From Lama glama (Eukaryota), in the NCBI GenBank assembly GCA_028534125.1, contig CM052832.1, positions 20,276,001-20,340,000 on the forward strand: a DNA stretch of 64,000 nt. Reading direction: 5' to 3'. Numbering within the stretch: position 1 is the stretch's first letter; each line of letters starts with the position of its first letter. The notes beneath the pieces are model-generated. The model saw nothing but the letters and a program-made list of their open reading frames with translations. It searched no databases and was not told where the DNA came from. Shown here piece by piece: positions 11,385-24,500 of the stretch. Made by a program: the position numbers and the translations under genes.

Positions 11385-12009
11385 TGAAGTTATTAATCGT
11401 GGATGGAGGAGGAACTTCTCATTGTAAGACGTCAGGATAGGAGGAAAAGATGCAAGTGGATACAGACATATTAATGAGTTTGGAAAGCATGATATTCTCT
11501 GTGAAATAGGATACTAGGAGTTTTTTCAGTATAACAAAAATCCTAGTCCTAGGACAGTCAAAAAGAGAAATGAATATCAGAAATGCTGTTGTGGGGAATG
11601 GTAGCAAGAACTAAAGATGGGGCTAATATGTGGGATGTGTGAAGAAGTGTGTGATGGATGGTATCAAGATATAGGAAAGAGAAAATCATACACCAGGAGC
11701 CAGAGCCTGCAATGAATGTGGAGAAGAGACCTGGAAGTCAACAGATGACAATAACTAGGTGGAGGGTGGCAACATCAAAGGAGGAGGCAGTCTTACAGGA
11801 GGGTGTGTCAACAATCAGTACAGAAGAAGGTATTGGATCTCGAAATCTGGATACTCTATTTAGTGGAGCCTGAAGGAAACAGTCACCGTGCAAAAAATCT
11901 GCTGAGTAAAAAGTAGGGCGAGCAGTGTTCCTGGAAATAACCTTCCTTGGTACCCTGTGAACTATGGATGGATAAGAGATAGGTATTTGGGGAGGGTCTT
12001 CCAAGAACC

Positions 12010-12068
12010 AAGACAAACTGTGGTCTGAAGATCAGCAGCAATGCCTCACTTGGGAGCTTATTAGAAAT
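12010..12068 (+). mobile_element. MER5A-like 5' fragment
   Basis: aactgtggtctgaagatcagcagcaatgcctcacttgggagcttattagaaat resembles the MER5A start. Confidence 0.55.
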
Positions 12069-12265
12069 ACAACATACCAAAATGTGTGGGATGCAGCAAA
12101 AGCCCTTCTAGGAGGGAAGTTCACAGCAATAAACATCTACATCTTTAAGAAAAAATGAAGGAGCTCTAATAAACAACCTAAATTTATAACTCAAGGGACT
12201 AAAACAAAGAAGAAGAAACTAAGCATGAAACTAGCAGAAGGAAGCAAATGAAAAGGATCAGAGAG
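12065..12265 (+). mobile_element. Internal L1 ORF2 fragment (post-endonuclease region)
   Basis: acataccaaaatgtgtgggatgcagcaaaagcccttctaggagggaagttcacagcaataaac encodes TYQNVWDAAKALLGGKFTAIN, the L1 ORF2 TYQNLWDAAKAVLRGKF motif. Confidence 0.85.
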
Positions 12266-14609
12266 TATGCTTTTCTCTGTTGACTGAACTTCTCTTCCGT
12301 CCAAATCGCGGTCACGCTAAATTGGAAGGTAAGAAGAGAAAAACAAAGTAAAGCGTAACTTCCAGTTTATTGGTTACTTTACTTCAGGGGGAGCTTTGAG
12401 CAGGAGAAGCTAAATTCAAGACCGTTGTGCCATTGTGCAAGAGCACTTTATACAAGAAGATGCATCTTTAATGGTCCCAGTGATTCACTTGAATCATGTT
12501 TTGAATGTCTTTTTTCCCCTCTAATTAAAGTTGGGCTCTTTGCTTTGGTTCTTTTTTAAAGGTTGTATGTGTGTTTGTGTCCGTATTTTTCAATGCTTTG
12601 TTTGGTTTCTGGTCCAAATGATGAGATACCTTTTGAAATACTAGTTGGACTGTCATAAAGAACAATAAATTAAAGTCAGATTCAATGACTTTAATGCTTA
12701 TAGTAGAGCAACTACAATGTACTGAATACACATTCATTTAGGTGAATCCCAGTAAGTCTATGGGATAGGTTTTGTTTATGCCAGTGAGTGGTTTTCCCAA
12801 AGTAGCTGGTCAACTAAAGAACCAGGAGTCCAATGCAGTTTTCACTACAGCAAACCTGACCAGGTAGAAGTTTCCATCCCTTACAAGTCTTTAGGCAATT
12901 TGTGTTTTTATAGCCTTAAAAGAATTTTGAAGAATCTTAATTTGGGGGGCTATAGTGAAATACAGCAAGTGTTCAATAGAGTCTTTGAGGAATAGACGTG
13001 TGTGAGTGTACGCTCATACACACCTTGCCCTGGGCGTGTGTGCCTGTTGGTGGCCAGGCAAAGAGGAATGTTGTAAGAAGTATATGAGTTGTTTTAAAGA
13101 GTGATCACTTTGCAACAGGAAACATTTTCACTTGTCCTTGTCCTATGTCTTTTTCTTTCTTTTAAATAAAGGAGAGATTGTTTACAGCAGCTCAGCTCTA
13201 TTTTGTCACACATCATTAAAATGATCAGGCTGTTCACAAGAGCCAGATTTTTAGGTAATAATGAATTTCTGATACCCAGAAGCCAGACAGATTAGGTAAT
13301 TCTGCTGATTCAGTCAGGTTTTGGAGGGGGGGGTCTTTTAAATACATGGTTTTCTCAAACTAAGAGAAAATTAATGGCTTTAAAAGCATCTAAATATAAA
13401 GAGAAATATCCTAAAACTCCACACTAATGGGTGTATCTCATTCTACATTTCTCTCTGCATCAGGGAAGTTAAAATGGTAGTGGAAACAGACCAAAGGGCA
13501 GTGATGATTTTAAAGTGCACTGTATTCCTAGTTTAATTTGTCCAACATGTCATTAACTTTAATAATATAGATTATATTTTAAAAAATGGGGGGTGGGAAC
13601 TGACTATTTAAAGTGTCAACTCTAAGTTCATTTCAAATGCAACTTTTGCATGCAATAATAAAGAATATGCACCCAGACATTTTAGCATTACCACTCTAAC
13701 TCAAACATTTCCTGTCTCCAGTGTTTAAAAAAAATTGCAAATATACAGTACCTTGTGTACATTCTTTTTTCTCTTCCTGCCAGCAGATAGATTCTCCCTT
13801 GTGTTCCTAGACACCAAGGATGTTGTCAGCTGTTATGAGAAAAGACAGGTTCCTAAATTCAGACCTTGAAGGAGAAAATCGTTTTACTTCACCTTTAGTA
13901 AAGATTTCATTTGTAAATGTTCCTGTCAATTGAAACATACCAAAGAAGACAGTGACTGAACACTGCAGCAGAGCAATGTGGCAGAGGGAAATTAAGCAGT
14001 GGCAGAGACTGGAGATGCTGGGATTTGCCATCTGTGTAGACACGAATCCTTTCAAGATCATAAATCGCTCTTACAATTCCATCATTGGGTAAAGGTCACC
14101 TACCTTTATGTATTCAACCCAACCCTCATTCCATTTAGAAAACTGGAGCTCAATCACAAAATGAATGAGGATGTCTTAGAATATGACTAAATTAGATTTC
14201 ACAAAGGAAAGTGGATATAAAGTCATAAAATCTACAGAGAGAGAGAGAAAGGTTAAAGGCAGCTATCCAAGATCAACTTCAGCTTACAAGAGATTTTTGT
14301 TCTTAACTGTCCCTGCATTTCTGTTCCCACTGAAGAACTTGAGGCAGAGAAAGAAGCCCACTGGGCAACAGGTGAGGGGCACAACAGGACCCTCCAAAAG
14401 GCATAAATGGTGCATTAGAAACTTGACCTCATTTTCAACAAAAAGAGCCTTATCCTCTTGAGATCTCAAGAATACTTCTGTGGTCCCCCCTCACCCCCTT
14501 TTAAAAACATACATAGTCACAGTCATTTCTTTAGGCTGTTGTAGCTTACAGAATTTGGGGGGATCTTCCATAAATCTGAAGGTGGGGCTGTATTTTGCTT
14601 GCTTTGTTT

Positions 14610-14745
14610 CCCTATTGACTAAGTTACTAGGTGACACTGGGCAAATCCTTCATATTTCCCATAAATCAGTGTCTTCATCTCCACTAATACATCTTGGGAA
14701 CCAGGAACATGGTCAGCTCTACTTGCAGATAGTGACAAAGAGCAT
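14610..14745 (+). mobile_element. MIR SINE fragment
   Basis: ttactaggtgacactgggcaaatccttcatatttcccataaatcagtgtcttcatct. Confidence 0.5.
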
Positions 14746-15260
14746 AATAATTTATAGCAAAAATTTATTTTATTATCAATAATATACCTTTAAGTATCTT
14801 TAAGAAATTAAGATTTGTCTAAATCTAGGTTGGTTGCTTTTTGTTTTTATCTTCATCTTGTGAGTTAACACACCGTCAGAACTGAACTGAACTGAACTGA
14901 GAAAAGTTGTTCTAGATCAATTTTGCAGGCAGTGCTCCTACTTCATGTTCAGTCCTCCTCTGTTCCCTGCTGACATGACCTCAAGATTTCCACAGGGACA
15001 CCTGGAAGCCGAAGTCATAAATTTGGGAAGTATGTCATTTTGTTTCTATGTAGATCTCTCAGTAGCTACCTGTACCAATGTTCCTTTGGCCAAATTTAAT
15101 TTACAAGGTGAACCAAACAGTCAGCTGTACTAGTAGATGTGTGCTATCCCCGGGGGACAAGACATCATTCTGTCCTTGTTGAATTGCATCTTGGGTTTTC
15201 CAGTTTTTTCATATGTGATTTTGTTAGTTTATTTTTAGATTGGTACGGTTTAGGGAAAAA

Positions 15261-15282
15261 ACACACACACACACACACACAC
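15261..15282. repeat. (AC)11 microsatellite
   Basis: Direct reading. Confidence 0.95.
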
Positions 15283-17059
15283 AAGGGTACCTGAGGCTAT
15301 TTTTAAAGAACTATCACTATAAAATTAATTTTAAAGGGAAAAATAAGGATGAGAGGAAAGGCAATAAATAGAATGATGTCTTGATCCCCTGGGATAGTTC
15401 TGTCTTAACTACAGTAGAGAAAGCCAGTGAAGGCAAGAATGGTTGTGAACTAGAGGAAAATGAACCTTTCCTGTGACGTCTCGGGTAGTTGGAGCCCAGT
15501 GTGACAGAAGAAAGTAACATCAGTTGAAATACTCAAAGTAGTGTTGTTTCCCATGAAATTTTAATTGAAGTCCCCACTCTACATACATGGAAGCCTATCA
15601 GGTTGTAGCCTATTCAGCTACAACCACCAGAAGGAAATTTCTCATTTTTATACTCAAAGCTGGTTTACATAGCTGTGACTGCATGTTTATTTTATGCAAC
15701 TTCTGATCCCGTGCGAGGTGTGTAAATACTAAAGACTGTGCGTACGATGCTTTGTGCATGGTTGATGGTGAGGGGTCATCACTCAGTACGAGACCCCATT
15801 TCAGACAGAGAACAATGGCTAGCACTCAGGAGGGAAGAGCAATTACTTGCTCTTACATCAGGACTGTCAGGAAAGGATAGTACCAAGTCCTGTGCAACAG
15901 GCAGAAAAACTATTTCGGAGTTAAGAGCAAAAGGCAATGAGTAAGAGTGTAGGTTAGCTCCGGGCTGGCGTAATAGATTCACTTCTAAGGGTGAAAGGTA
16001 ATAGGGGAGGAATTGGTAAACGCAAACTTGCCTAACTTTAAAATTTAGCCTCCGGGTGGCTTGGAGTGAAAAGATTCTTTGAGATAATTATGAACTTTGG
16101 GCATTCAGAGTCTAAGTACAGTATTTATTATATTCCTGTTTTAAAAAAAAACTATGCACTGTATATTTGAAATAGACTTTAAGATACACTAAATTTATTT
16201 TGAAGTATATTGAAATGTTGAACGAAAAACATCTCTAAATTGTACATTCATTGACTCTTCTTATTTCATATTTCATTCTATATTTATGTGCTGTAAAGGT
16301 TTGAATTCAAAATATTATATGTACAGCTACTAGTACAGCTGACTGTTTCATAAACAGAATTAATCCCACATCTATTTACTTTCATAAAACATAATGTAAG
16401 AAGATGAAAGGTACCGATTACTGAATATATAACAGGGCTGAGCAACCAGTCACTTTATATTAATTCAAATCCCTGGCCAACATCAGAACTCCTCACTTCT
16501 GTCCACATGGACCACATGGTAGCCTTTGCAGTGGTGAAATTCACACACGAGTATTACAGATCACTTTGAGCAAGGCTGCACGGTGGCTCCTTCAGAGAAC
16601 ATCGCAATCAGAACGTACTTAGTCCCAGATCTCAAGATAATTAGAATGCCCAGAGATTTAGAACTGTCGGGCTAACCAAAGTGGAATATTTGGGAGAAAC
16701 CCAGAATTTACCCATCTCCTTCTCTATTTAAAACTAAATGTTTAATGACTAATATTTTGAGCATTTGGCTAACTTTTCACTGAGTAATTTGGTTAAAATT
16801 TCCCTTTGCAGACCCCCCCAATCTCCTTTTCAACTACAAGCTCCTTAATTTACACCTTGATAACTTCAAGCCTTTATTACTTCACAACATGATTCCTGCC
16901 TGAGCCTATTTTTCAGTGTTCAGTCTTCTCTTATATCAGGCTATCTTAAAAACCACTTCCAATTGAAAGTCTCGTTTGTTAAAAAAAAAAGGAAAAAATT
17001 GAGTATTATTACCTGTTGGAAAAAAAATGGTAGAATATAGAAAAGAATAATAAAAAAGA

Positions 17060-17500
17060 TATAATCACCCCAAATTTCACAGTAGGGAAAACCACAGTTA
17101 ATATTTGATTGGTTTCTGTTCAAACTTCTCTAAGAGTAAATCAACATTGAGAGAGAGAGATTTGACAAAATTGAGATTGATTTGAATATATTGCAATCTG
17201 ATTTGTCTTAATTTAGCAATACTTGAAATGCATTTTTCATGTGTTAACTATCATTTAAGATAAGTTTTCATGGCTTTGAATTATCCCAGTATATGGCTGT
17301 ACCTAAGTTACTTAAGTAGTTTAATTATTTAGACATAGAAATCATTTTCAATTTTTCACTGTTATAAAGAACACAGCAATAACCGTATAGGTACTTAAAT
17401 TTCTAATCTTTTTTTAAGTAAGTTCTCTGAAGTGAACTATTAGGTCTAAGGTTAGGGACTTTTTTTTTTTAAGTTTTTATCTAATGGTTGCATTTCCTTA
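17060..17500 (-). mobile_element. Old L1 (L1ME-like) 3' fragment
   Basis: ttaattatttagacatagaaatcattttcaatttttcactgttataaagaacacagcaataacc and ctctgaagtgaactattaggtctaagg follow the reverse old-L1 3' UTR pattern. Confidence 0.5.
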
Positions 17501-18137
17501 CCAATGTTCCTTCATGTTTCTCTTAGATAATTTTTCTCACAGTTGCTATTCAGCATAGATGGAATACCATCTGGTTTCTAAACTGGACTGCTTCTGAATA
17601 AGAAGACCACAGTCTATACCTTTGGTAACATCTCTAATTACATTCGCAACATGCTAATCTCACATAAACATTGTTCAGTTAATAACTTTTTCTCCTAATA
17701 GTGCTTGCAAAGCTCTACTGTTTTTCAGACAGTTCCCTTTCTTTTTTTAAATAAGGAGTTTGTTCCAAAATAAATATGCTGTAAGAAGAAATATTTTAAC
17801 ACAGTTCTTTCAGAGATAATTTAGTTGATGTAACAGGTTGTGGTCTGAGAATGTTGCATGGAACAAATTTAAATTACACCCCATGTTTGGGTGAGCCCAA
17901 AGACCGGTGTTTTACTGGGAGTTCCTGTGTCCGAAAACTGGATCAGGGTAAGTTATATACCTATTTGACCCTTGTGCATCAAGGCTACTTCCTCATGTTT
18001 TGACGAGCTCTCATTTTTGAACTTTAATTGCCTTCAAGGGGTTGCTCTGAACTATTTTTGTAAGCACAGTTGGCATGCAAGATGACTGTAGGATCAAAGG
18101 GTTGAAAATCTGGTGAAGAGATAACGTAGAAAAGAAA

Positions 18138-18151
18138 GTTTCCATAGCAAC
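18138..18151. promoter_or_regulatory. RFX X-box
   Basis: GTTTCCATAGCAAC closely matches the palindromic RFX consensus GTTGCCATGGCAAC. Confidence 0.55.
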
Positions 18152-19761
18152 ACCTTCACAGCCCTCTGGCACCATTCACCGCCACCCAGCAGGTCTCTGC
18201 CTCCTACGGTGAGTAAGAGAAACCTTCACTGCACCATATTTTATGTACAAAGTGTATCATTTACTTCCAAATTATCAGTGATTATTTAGGTAAACTTGTT
18301 CAAATGAAATATTTTTCTGTTGGGAAAAATTCTTCAAATTCAATTAAGAGAAATTTGTCTTCATTGAATGCTTTTTGACATAGCAGTGAGGTTATTCAGA
18401 AACAAATTAACCTTATGAAGGGAGGATCAACATGTGGAAGCAGGTGGAAAAAAGCAGATTACAAAACAGCATCTCCTTTATGATTATGTTTGCATGTATT
18501 TCTGTGTATTATGTTTTTCAGTCTGAAAGCATATAAAATAAACATAAATTTCCTAGAAGTAACTAGTGTTTTACTCTAGGTACATATACCTTAGTTAAAA
18601 AATTACTGTTGTCAGATTTTGCCTAAATTATGTATGCAATTAGGACTTCACTTGTAGTCCTAAAGGTAGAGTTTGCCCAGTTAGTGAAGTGTGACGTCCA
18701 TTAGGTCACCTTTAATTACAAATGGGACACAGGCCAAATACTCTGGTTGCAACTGAATTATTTTCTTTCTTGAAGGTTCTCATACTAAAATTTTGCAAAT
18801 AATTATTCCAAGTTTTAGCAAAGATTTACTAACCCTCTTAGTCAAAAATCTTATAGTATAGAAAAAAAAATGCTTTATTCCCATGCTAATCCCCCATGAA
18901 AGTACATAAATTTATAGACACAGTATCCATCTGGAGCTTCCCATATTTGCTTTTGTCCTTGATGTTAGGAAGAATATTATCCTTATCTCTAAATGCACAG
19001 ATGTAGTCTGAGGTTAGACTTTTCTCGAACAAATGCAAGGGAATTAAAAGCATTGTCTCCCCTGATAAAAATACCAAAGCTTCTTTTTTATATAAACTGG
19101 TGATAATTAATAGTGATAACATATCTGAGTTCATATATGCGATGTTTAAAAGCATTGTTTGAAATTTCCTAAGTCTGATGCAATAATAAAACATTTCATT
19201 CTTATTAGATTGTTTTAAAATAAAAATACAGGCCTAATTATTTGGTCATTTTGTTTGCCCCGAGTGCATATTTTAAATAACTCACTCGGTTTTGAGGAAT
19301 TTAAAACGTCACCTAATTCTTTCTTAAATGTGAACTTGCTAGTTTTAGTTCTTACAAACCACAAAGGATTAGAAGATCTTTATATCTTATTTCAAAATAA
19401 AACAGGAATTTTGATACTATCTTTTGTTTTTGAATACTGTTTTATTGATTGCCAACAATGCAGTGGGCAACATATTAAATAAAGCTTAATTTTAGATGAC
19501 TTGATTTTTTAAAAAGTGATAAAAGTTGCAAGTACTTTTAATGCAGATAACATGGATCAGTTTGAGTATGAGTAGGAAATAATTTGATACTTTAGTCATG
19601 GGTCCCCACCGAGTCCAAAGATGGCCTAATTCTGTACAGAGTAAGGGGCGGTCAACTGAGATTTGTTAATAATCATTTTAACAATGATGGTCAATTAGGT
19701 GGTTTATATATATTGTCCCATAGATTCTTTACAATGACTTAGTAATAGTTATTAGGACCAG

Positions 19762-20228
19762 GTATTAGTTTCCTATTGCTGCTGTATCTAGTCACCCCAA
19801 ATTTAGTTGATTAAATGAGAAAAATCTATTAATCTACAGTTCTGGATGTCAGAAATCCAAATGGGTCCCATTGGTCTATAATCAAGGTGCTGCAGGGCTG
19901 CATTCCTTCTGGAGGCTGTAGGGGCGAATTCCTTTCCTTCCCTTTTCCAGCTTCTCGAGGCTGCCCTGGTTCCTTGGCTCCATCTTGAAAGCCAGCATTC
20001 ACATCACTCCTAACTTTTCTTCTGTTGTCACATCTCCTTTAACCTTGATTCTTCTGCCACCCTTTTTCACTTACAAGGCCTTAGCCTGTGATTCTGTTGG
20101 TACCTTCCAGTAAATTTGAGCTAATCTCTGCATCTCATGATTCTTCACTTAGTCACAATCTGCAAGGTGCCTTTGTTTCATTCTAGGAATCAAGACATGG
20201 ACATCTTTGGGGAGCCATTTTTCTCACA
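19762..20228 (-). mobile_element. MaLR solo LTR (MLT1D-like)
   Basis: gtattagtttcctattgctgctgta...atcaaggtgctgcagggctgcattccttctggaggctgtagggg...cttttccagcttctcgaggctgcc...catggacatctttgggg. Confidence 0.88.
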
Positions 20229-21561
20229 TGTCAAATATTTTTCCCTTAATGAATAAACAACATGCATCTATTGTTAGGTTTTCTGCCAAAATAAGATTTT
20301 TCTTTTCCCCAAATGTTTTGAGCATTTTATGACTGATTGCCATTTTCACCCAACCTGAAGAACTAAAAGGAAACATTAAGAGATACCAGTGTAACATAAA
20401 TAGATCATTTGAACGTAAAATTGTCACAATGAGGGTATGGATAAAAATGCCTTATTGATAATAAGTTCGATAAAACATTTTGGTAACCTTTGACCTATCA
20501 CTTCATTCTGGAAATTCTGACCTTTGATGGTGTTCTCTTCTCACTCCAGGAAAGAGAGAGAAAGGAAGGTTTGCACACTTGCCATTGCTATTGGGATTCA
20601 AAAATGTCTTTGGAACAATAGCTGGTTAAGAGAGCTGAGAGTTGGCGTGGCCTCTTCTTTGGCCTTGAATGATCGCCATGGAGTGTTTTTCTCCGACTCT
20701 CCTAAAGGGTAAATCAGAGTTTATCAGTCTCATTAATCTGGGCTTCCACTGGGGCCCGGGTGAAAGGGTTTAGAATGTGATCAGTATGCAGCTTCCATGA
20801 CCTTTCTTTTGAGTAGGGATCTTAGCAAGGGAGAGAGACCTCGTGTAAGCCTCAACCTCCACAGGAGGTGGTTTGTACATTTCTATATGGGGATGAAGGG
20901 AACTATATCGAAGTCAATTCAACAGAGATAGCGAAAAGGTCGCTGGGACTGTATTCTCATGTCAGGTATTCTCAATACAGCCCGAGTGGGTCCAGCTTTA
21001 ATTTTCTGCTCCTCAACCTGTTTAGTCTCAGTGAAGTTTTATTAACAAGTATGGCAGATATCTTTATCATTTTCCTATAAAATTGTCTTGATCAGAGTCA
21101 GAGAGGAAGGACTGGCATTGGAGGACTATTCAATGTCTGTAATTCACCAGAGGTGCCTTGTTTTCATACTTGGCATCTTTTTTGGGGTGTACAACAAAAA
21201 AAAGGAGTGGGGAAAATCCAAGTCTTGTTTGGGTATATTTGAGCATCATACGTGTAGAATATAATCAAGGTGTTTTTGTATCTTTGCTTCCGTCTGTCTC
21301 TGACACTACCATAGCTTAAAAGAATAACTCCTTAATTCTAGTGAAGGAGAGTTGGAATGCAATAGAAATTAAAATGTCCTTTTGTGGGGGGTCTGGGGGG
21401 TGCAGTAAGCCAACTGCTTTCTGTCTGTGCTTTCAATGCTTCAGGAAACCATAAGGTAGGTAGGGGAAGTCAAATGATTGCACCACATCTGAACCCTTGA
21501 AACCTCTGTGAATCTTGACAGCATTTAGCATCAGATGCAGGCAGATAAAAGATGCCAAAAT

Positions 21562-22577
21562 GCTGTTACGAATGACATTATTTTATTTTTATGGCTGAGT
21601 AGTATTCCATTATATAAATATACCACAACTTCTTTATCCAGTCATCTGTTGTTGGATATATAGGTTGCTTCTGTGTCTTGGCTATTGTATATAGTGCTGC
21701 TATGAATATTTAGGTGCATATATCTTTTTTCAAATTAGAGTTCCCTCTGGATATATGCCCAGGAATGGGATTGCTGGATCATATGTTAAGTCTATTTTAA
21801 TTTTTGAGGAATCTCCATACTGTTCTCCATAAAGGCTGCACCAAACTACATTCCCACCAACAGTGCAGGAGGATTCCCTTTTCTCCACACTGTCTCCAGC
21901 ATTTATCATTCATGGACTTTGGAATTATGGCCATTCTGACTGGTGTAAAGTGATACCTCATTGTAGTTTTGATTTGCATTTCTTTGATAATTAGTGAGAT
22001 TGAGCATTTTTTCATGTGTCTATTGGCCATTTGTGTATCTTCATTAGAGAATTGCTTGTTTAGGTCTTCTGCCCATTTTTGGATTGGGTTGTTTGGTTTT
22101 TTCTTATTAAGTTGTATGAGCTGTTTACATATTCTGGAAATTAAGCCTTTGTCACTTGCATCATTTGCAAATATTTCCTCCCATTACATAGGCTGTCATT
22201 TTGTTTTGCTTATGGTTTCCTCTGCTTTGCAAAAGCTTGAAGCTTTTAAGGTTAATTAGGTCCCAGTTGTTAATTTTTGCTCTTATTTCTATTGCCTGGG
22301 TAGACTGCCCTAGGAGAACATTGCTAAGATTTATGTCAGAGAATGTTTGCCTATGTTTTCTTCTAGGAGGTTAATCACGTCTTGTCTTATATTTAAATCT
22401 TTAAGCCATTTTGAGTTTATTTTTGTGTATGATGTGAGGGAGTATTCTAACTTCATTGATTTACATGCTGCTGTACAGTTCTCCCAACACCGTTCGCTGA
22501 AGACACTGTCTTTTCTCCATTGTGTGTTCTTACCTCCTTTGTCGAAGATTAATTGAGCATAGGTCTGTGGGTTTATG
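21562..22577 (-). mobile_element. L1 fragment: ORF2 C-terminus plus proximal 3' UTR
   Basis: ORF 21797..22030 [36 protein letters not shown]...[25 protein letters not shown] is the L1 ORF2 cysteine-rich domain. Confidence 0.95.
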
Positions 22578-24309
22578 AGGGCATCATTCTTACTTCCTAA
22601 CAGTTCACAGTCTAGAGGGGAAACAGAAGCTTGTATATTCTTATTCTCTTATACACATTAAATGTTTCTTTTACTTTAGGAAAGTAAGGAATTCTATTGT
22701 AGAGTAGCGAGGTAGAACCAGCACATCAGTGTAATCCCCCAGCGTCCTGCAGCCTTTCATGACCTTTATTGCCTGTCCTGTCCCGTTTTGCCGTCTGGCT
22801 CAAAACATCTCAGATTCTGCAGGAGTCTTGCCGTAGGGTTTCTACGTGCTCCTTGTTCACAGCTCTTTCTTTGAACAAGGTCAACTTAATTTTGAAACCG
22901 CTTCTGTTCCCTTTCAACTTTGCAGTTCTTACAGGGCCAACCAACACCCTAACTCCATGAAGGTTTTGGGAGCCTCAGGCCTGAACAACCTGTTTCATCC
23001 ACACTCTGGCTACACTAAGATTCAGGAATGGGTGCCTGGCCCATGTCAATGGGACTTTTTTTTCTGAAATTACTGGGTAAGAGGCAGTGTGTTGGGAAAG
23101 CAGGGTGGTGGGGGCCAGCGGGCAGTGCAGAGATGGGAAGCCTTGATTTGCAGTGTTTGCTGATTGTCCATGGAGTAAATCCTCCCACCTTGGATGAAAT
23201 CTGCTGAGTTGGCACCACTAAATAGAAAGTTTTCTTTGTGGTCATGCCCTGAGGAGTAAGTTTTGCTTTCCTTTTAAGCTGTTATATTATGTTACTCATA
23301 ACACCTCTATGCATGCAGGACCTTCCAAGGGAAATGTTTCTGCTCATTGGCCCCAAGAAAAAGGCAGCCCTGGGTAAAACAATGAAATCTCCTCCCCTCC
23401 GTCTGTAAATTGAGCAGGAGTGGGTATTGACCACGGGCACTCAAACTACTAGAAAATCTGATATGGTAAGCTAGGCCAGTGGGATTCACCTTTTCTGGGA
23501 TTTTAATTGAGAAGACAGAGAAAATCAAGCAATGGGTAGCCATTGCTGAAGGTCGAAAGAAAGAAACCATGAGGCAGTATTGGGGCCTTAAGGTAGAGAA
23601 GATGGTAAACTGAAGCTCCAAAATAGAAACTCAGAAAAACAACAACAATAATATTAGACATTAAAATACAGTCTCGTTTATCCTGAGATATACAGATAGA
23701 ATAGCTGATTCCTAGAGTTGCTTCCTTTCCTGTCGACACTCTTGTCTCAGATCTGGAGCACATATGTTTTTAAGAGAAGCTCTCTTTTTGTTGAGGCCAC
23801 TCGAGTGAGTCTGTTTACTTTTAACCAAAAGACTTTAAGTAAAATTTAAATCTGTACCAGGGATCAGGTGTAATCAGGTTTACTTAATGCATTGCAGTGG
23901 CTGTGACATAGCTAATAAAGTCTTGATCTGTGATTTCCAGAGAATGGGCTCTGCATTACAAAAGAAGTTAGGCAGCATGCTAATACCCTTGGAATTACTC
24001 ATCCTCTTAAATGTCCTGCCATCCCAAAATTAATGGCCTTACAGTGCCACATGTCTCAAGGTTAGTGAACTATCCTAGAAAATGAAACATTTGTTGAGAA
24101 CCAGAACAAGCGAATGGTGTTATTATAGTTCCAGGTACTGAGAAGTGAAAGTTTATTCTCATTTCCCTCCTTTATAGAAGTTGCTTATTATGTCAGTTCT
24201 AGGTTTTTACTTTTATTTTATATTAGTGTTTTAGTGGTATTTATGCAATTTACAGACGCGGAGAGGAGACAAATAATACTGGAATGTATTTCAATAGTAC
24301 TTTTTAAAA

Positions 24310-24500
24310 AATAGCGAACATCCCATGTTCCAAGTGCTCTTTGAAGTACTTTAGATATATTGATTCACTTAATCCTTCCCAAAGTTTTATAGGCTAGGTG
24401 AAAAGCATACTCATTTTATAGATTAGAAGACTGAGAAATAAAAAGATTAACACAACTGCCCATATATTAAATACCACAGCCAGATTTCATAGTCTAGCTT
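24310..24500 (-). mobile_element. MIR SINE
   Basis: tactttagatatattgattcacttaatccttc...ctcattttatagattagaagactgag...attaacacaactgccca. Confidence 0.65.

Noticed and set aside
14879..14900. (AACTG)4, resembling ruminant Bov-A/BovB tails
   Set aside because: No Bov-A/BovB body is adjacent; treated as a simple pentanucleotide repeat
21797..22556. ORFs 21797..22030, 21969..22259 and 22347..22556 as genes
   Set aside because: They are L1 ORF2 remnant and its antisense frames
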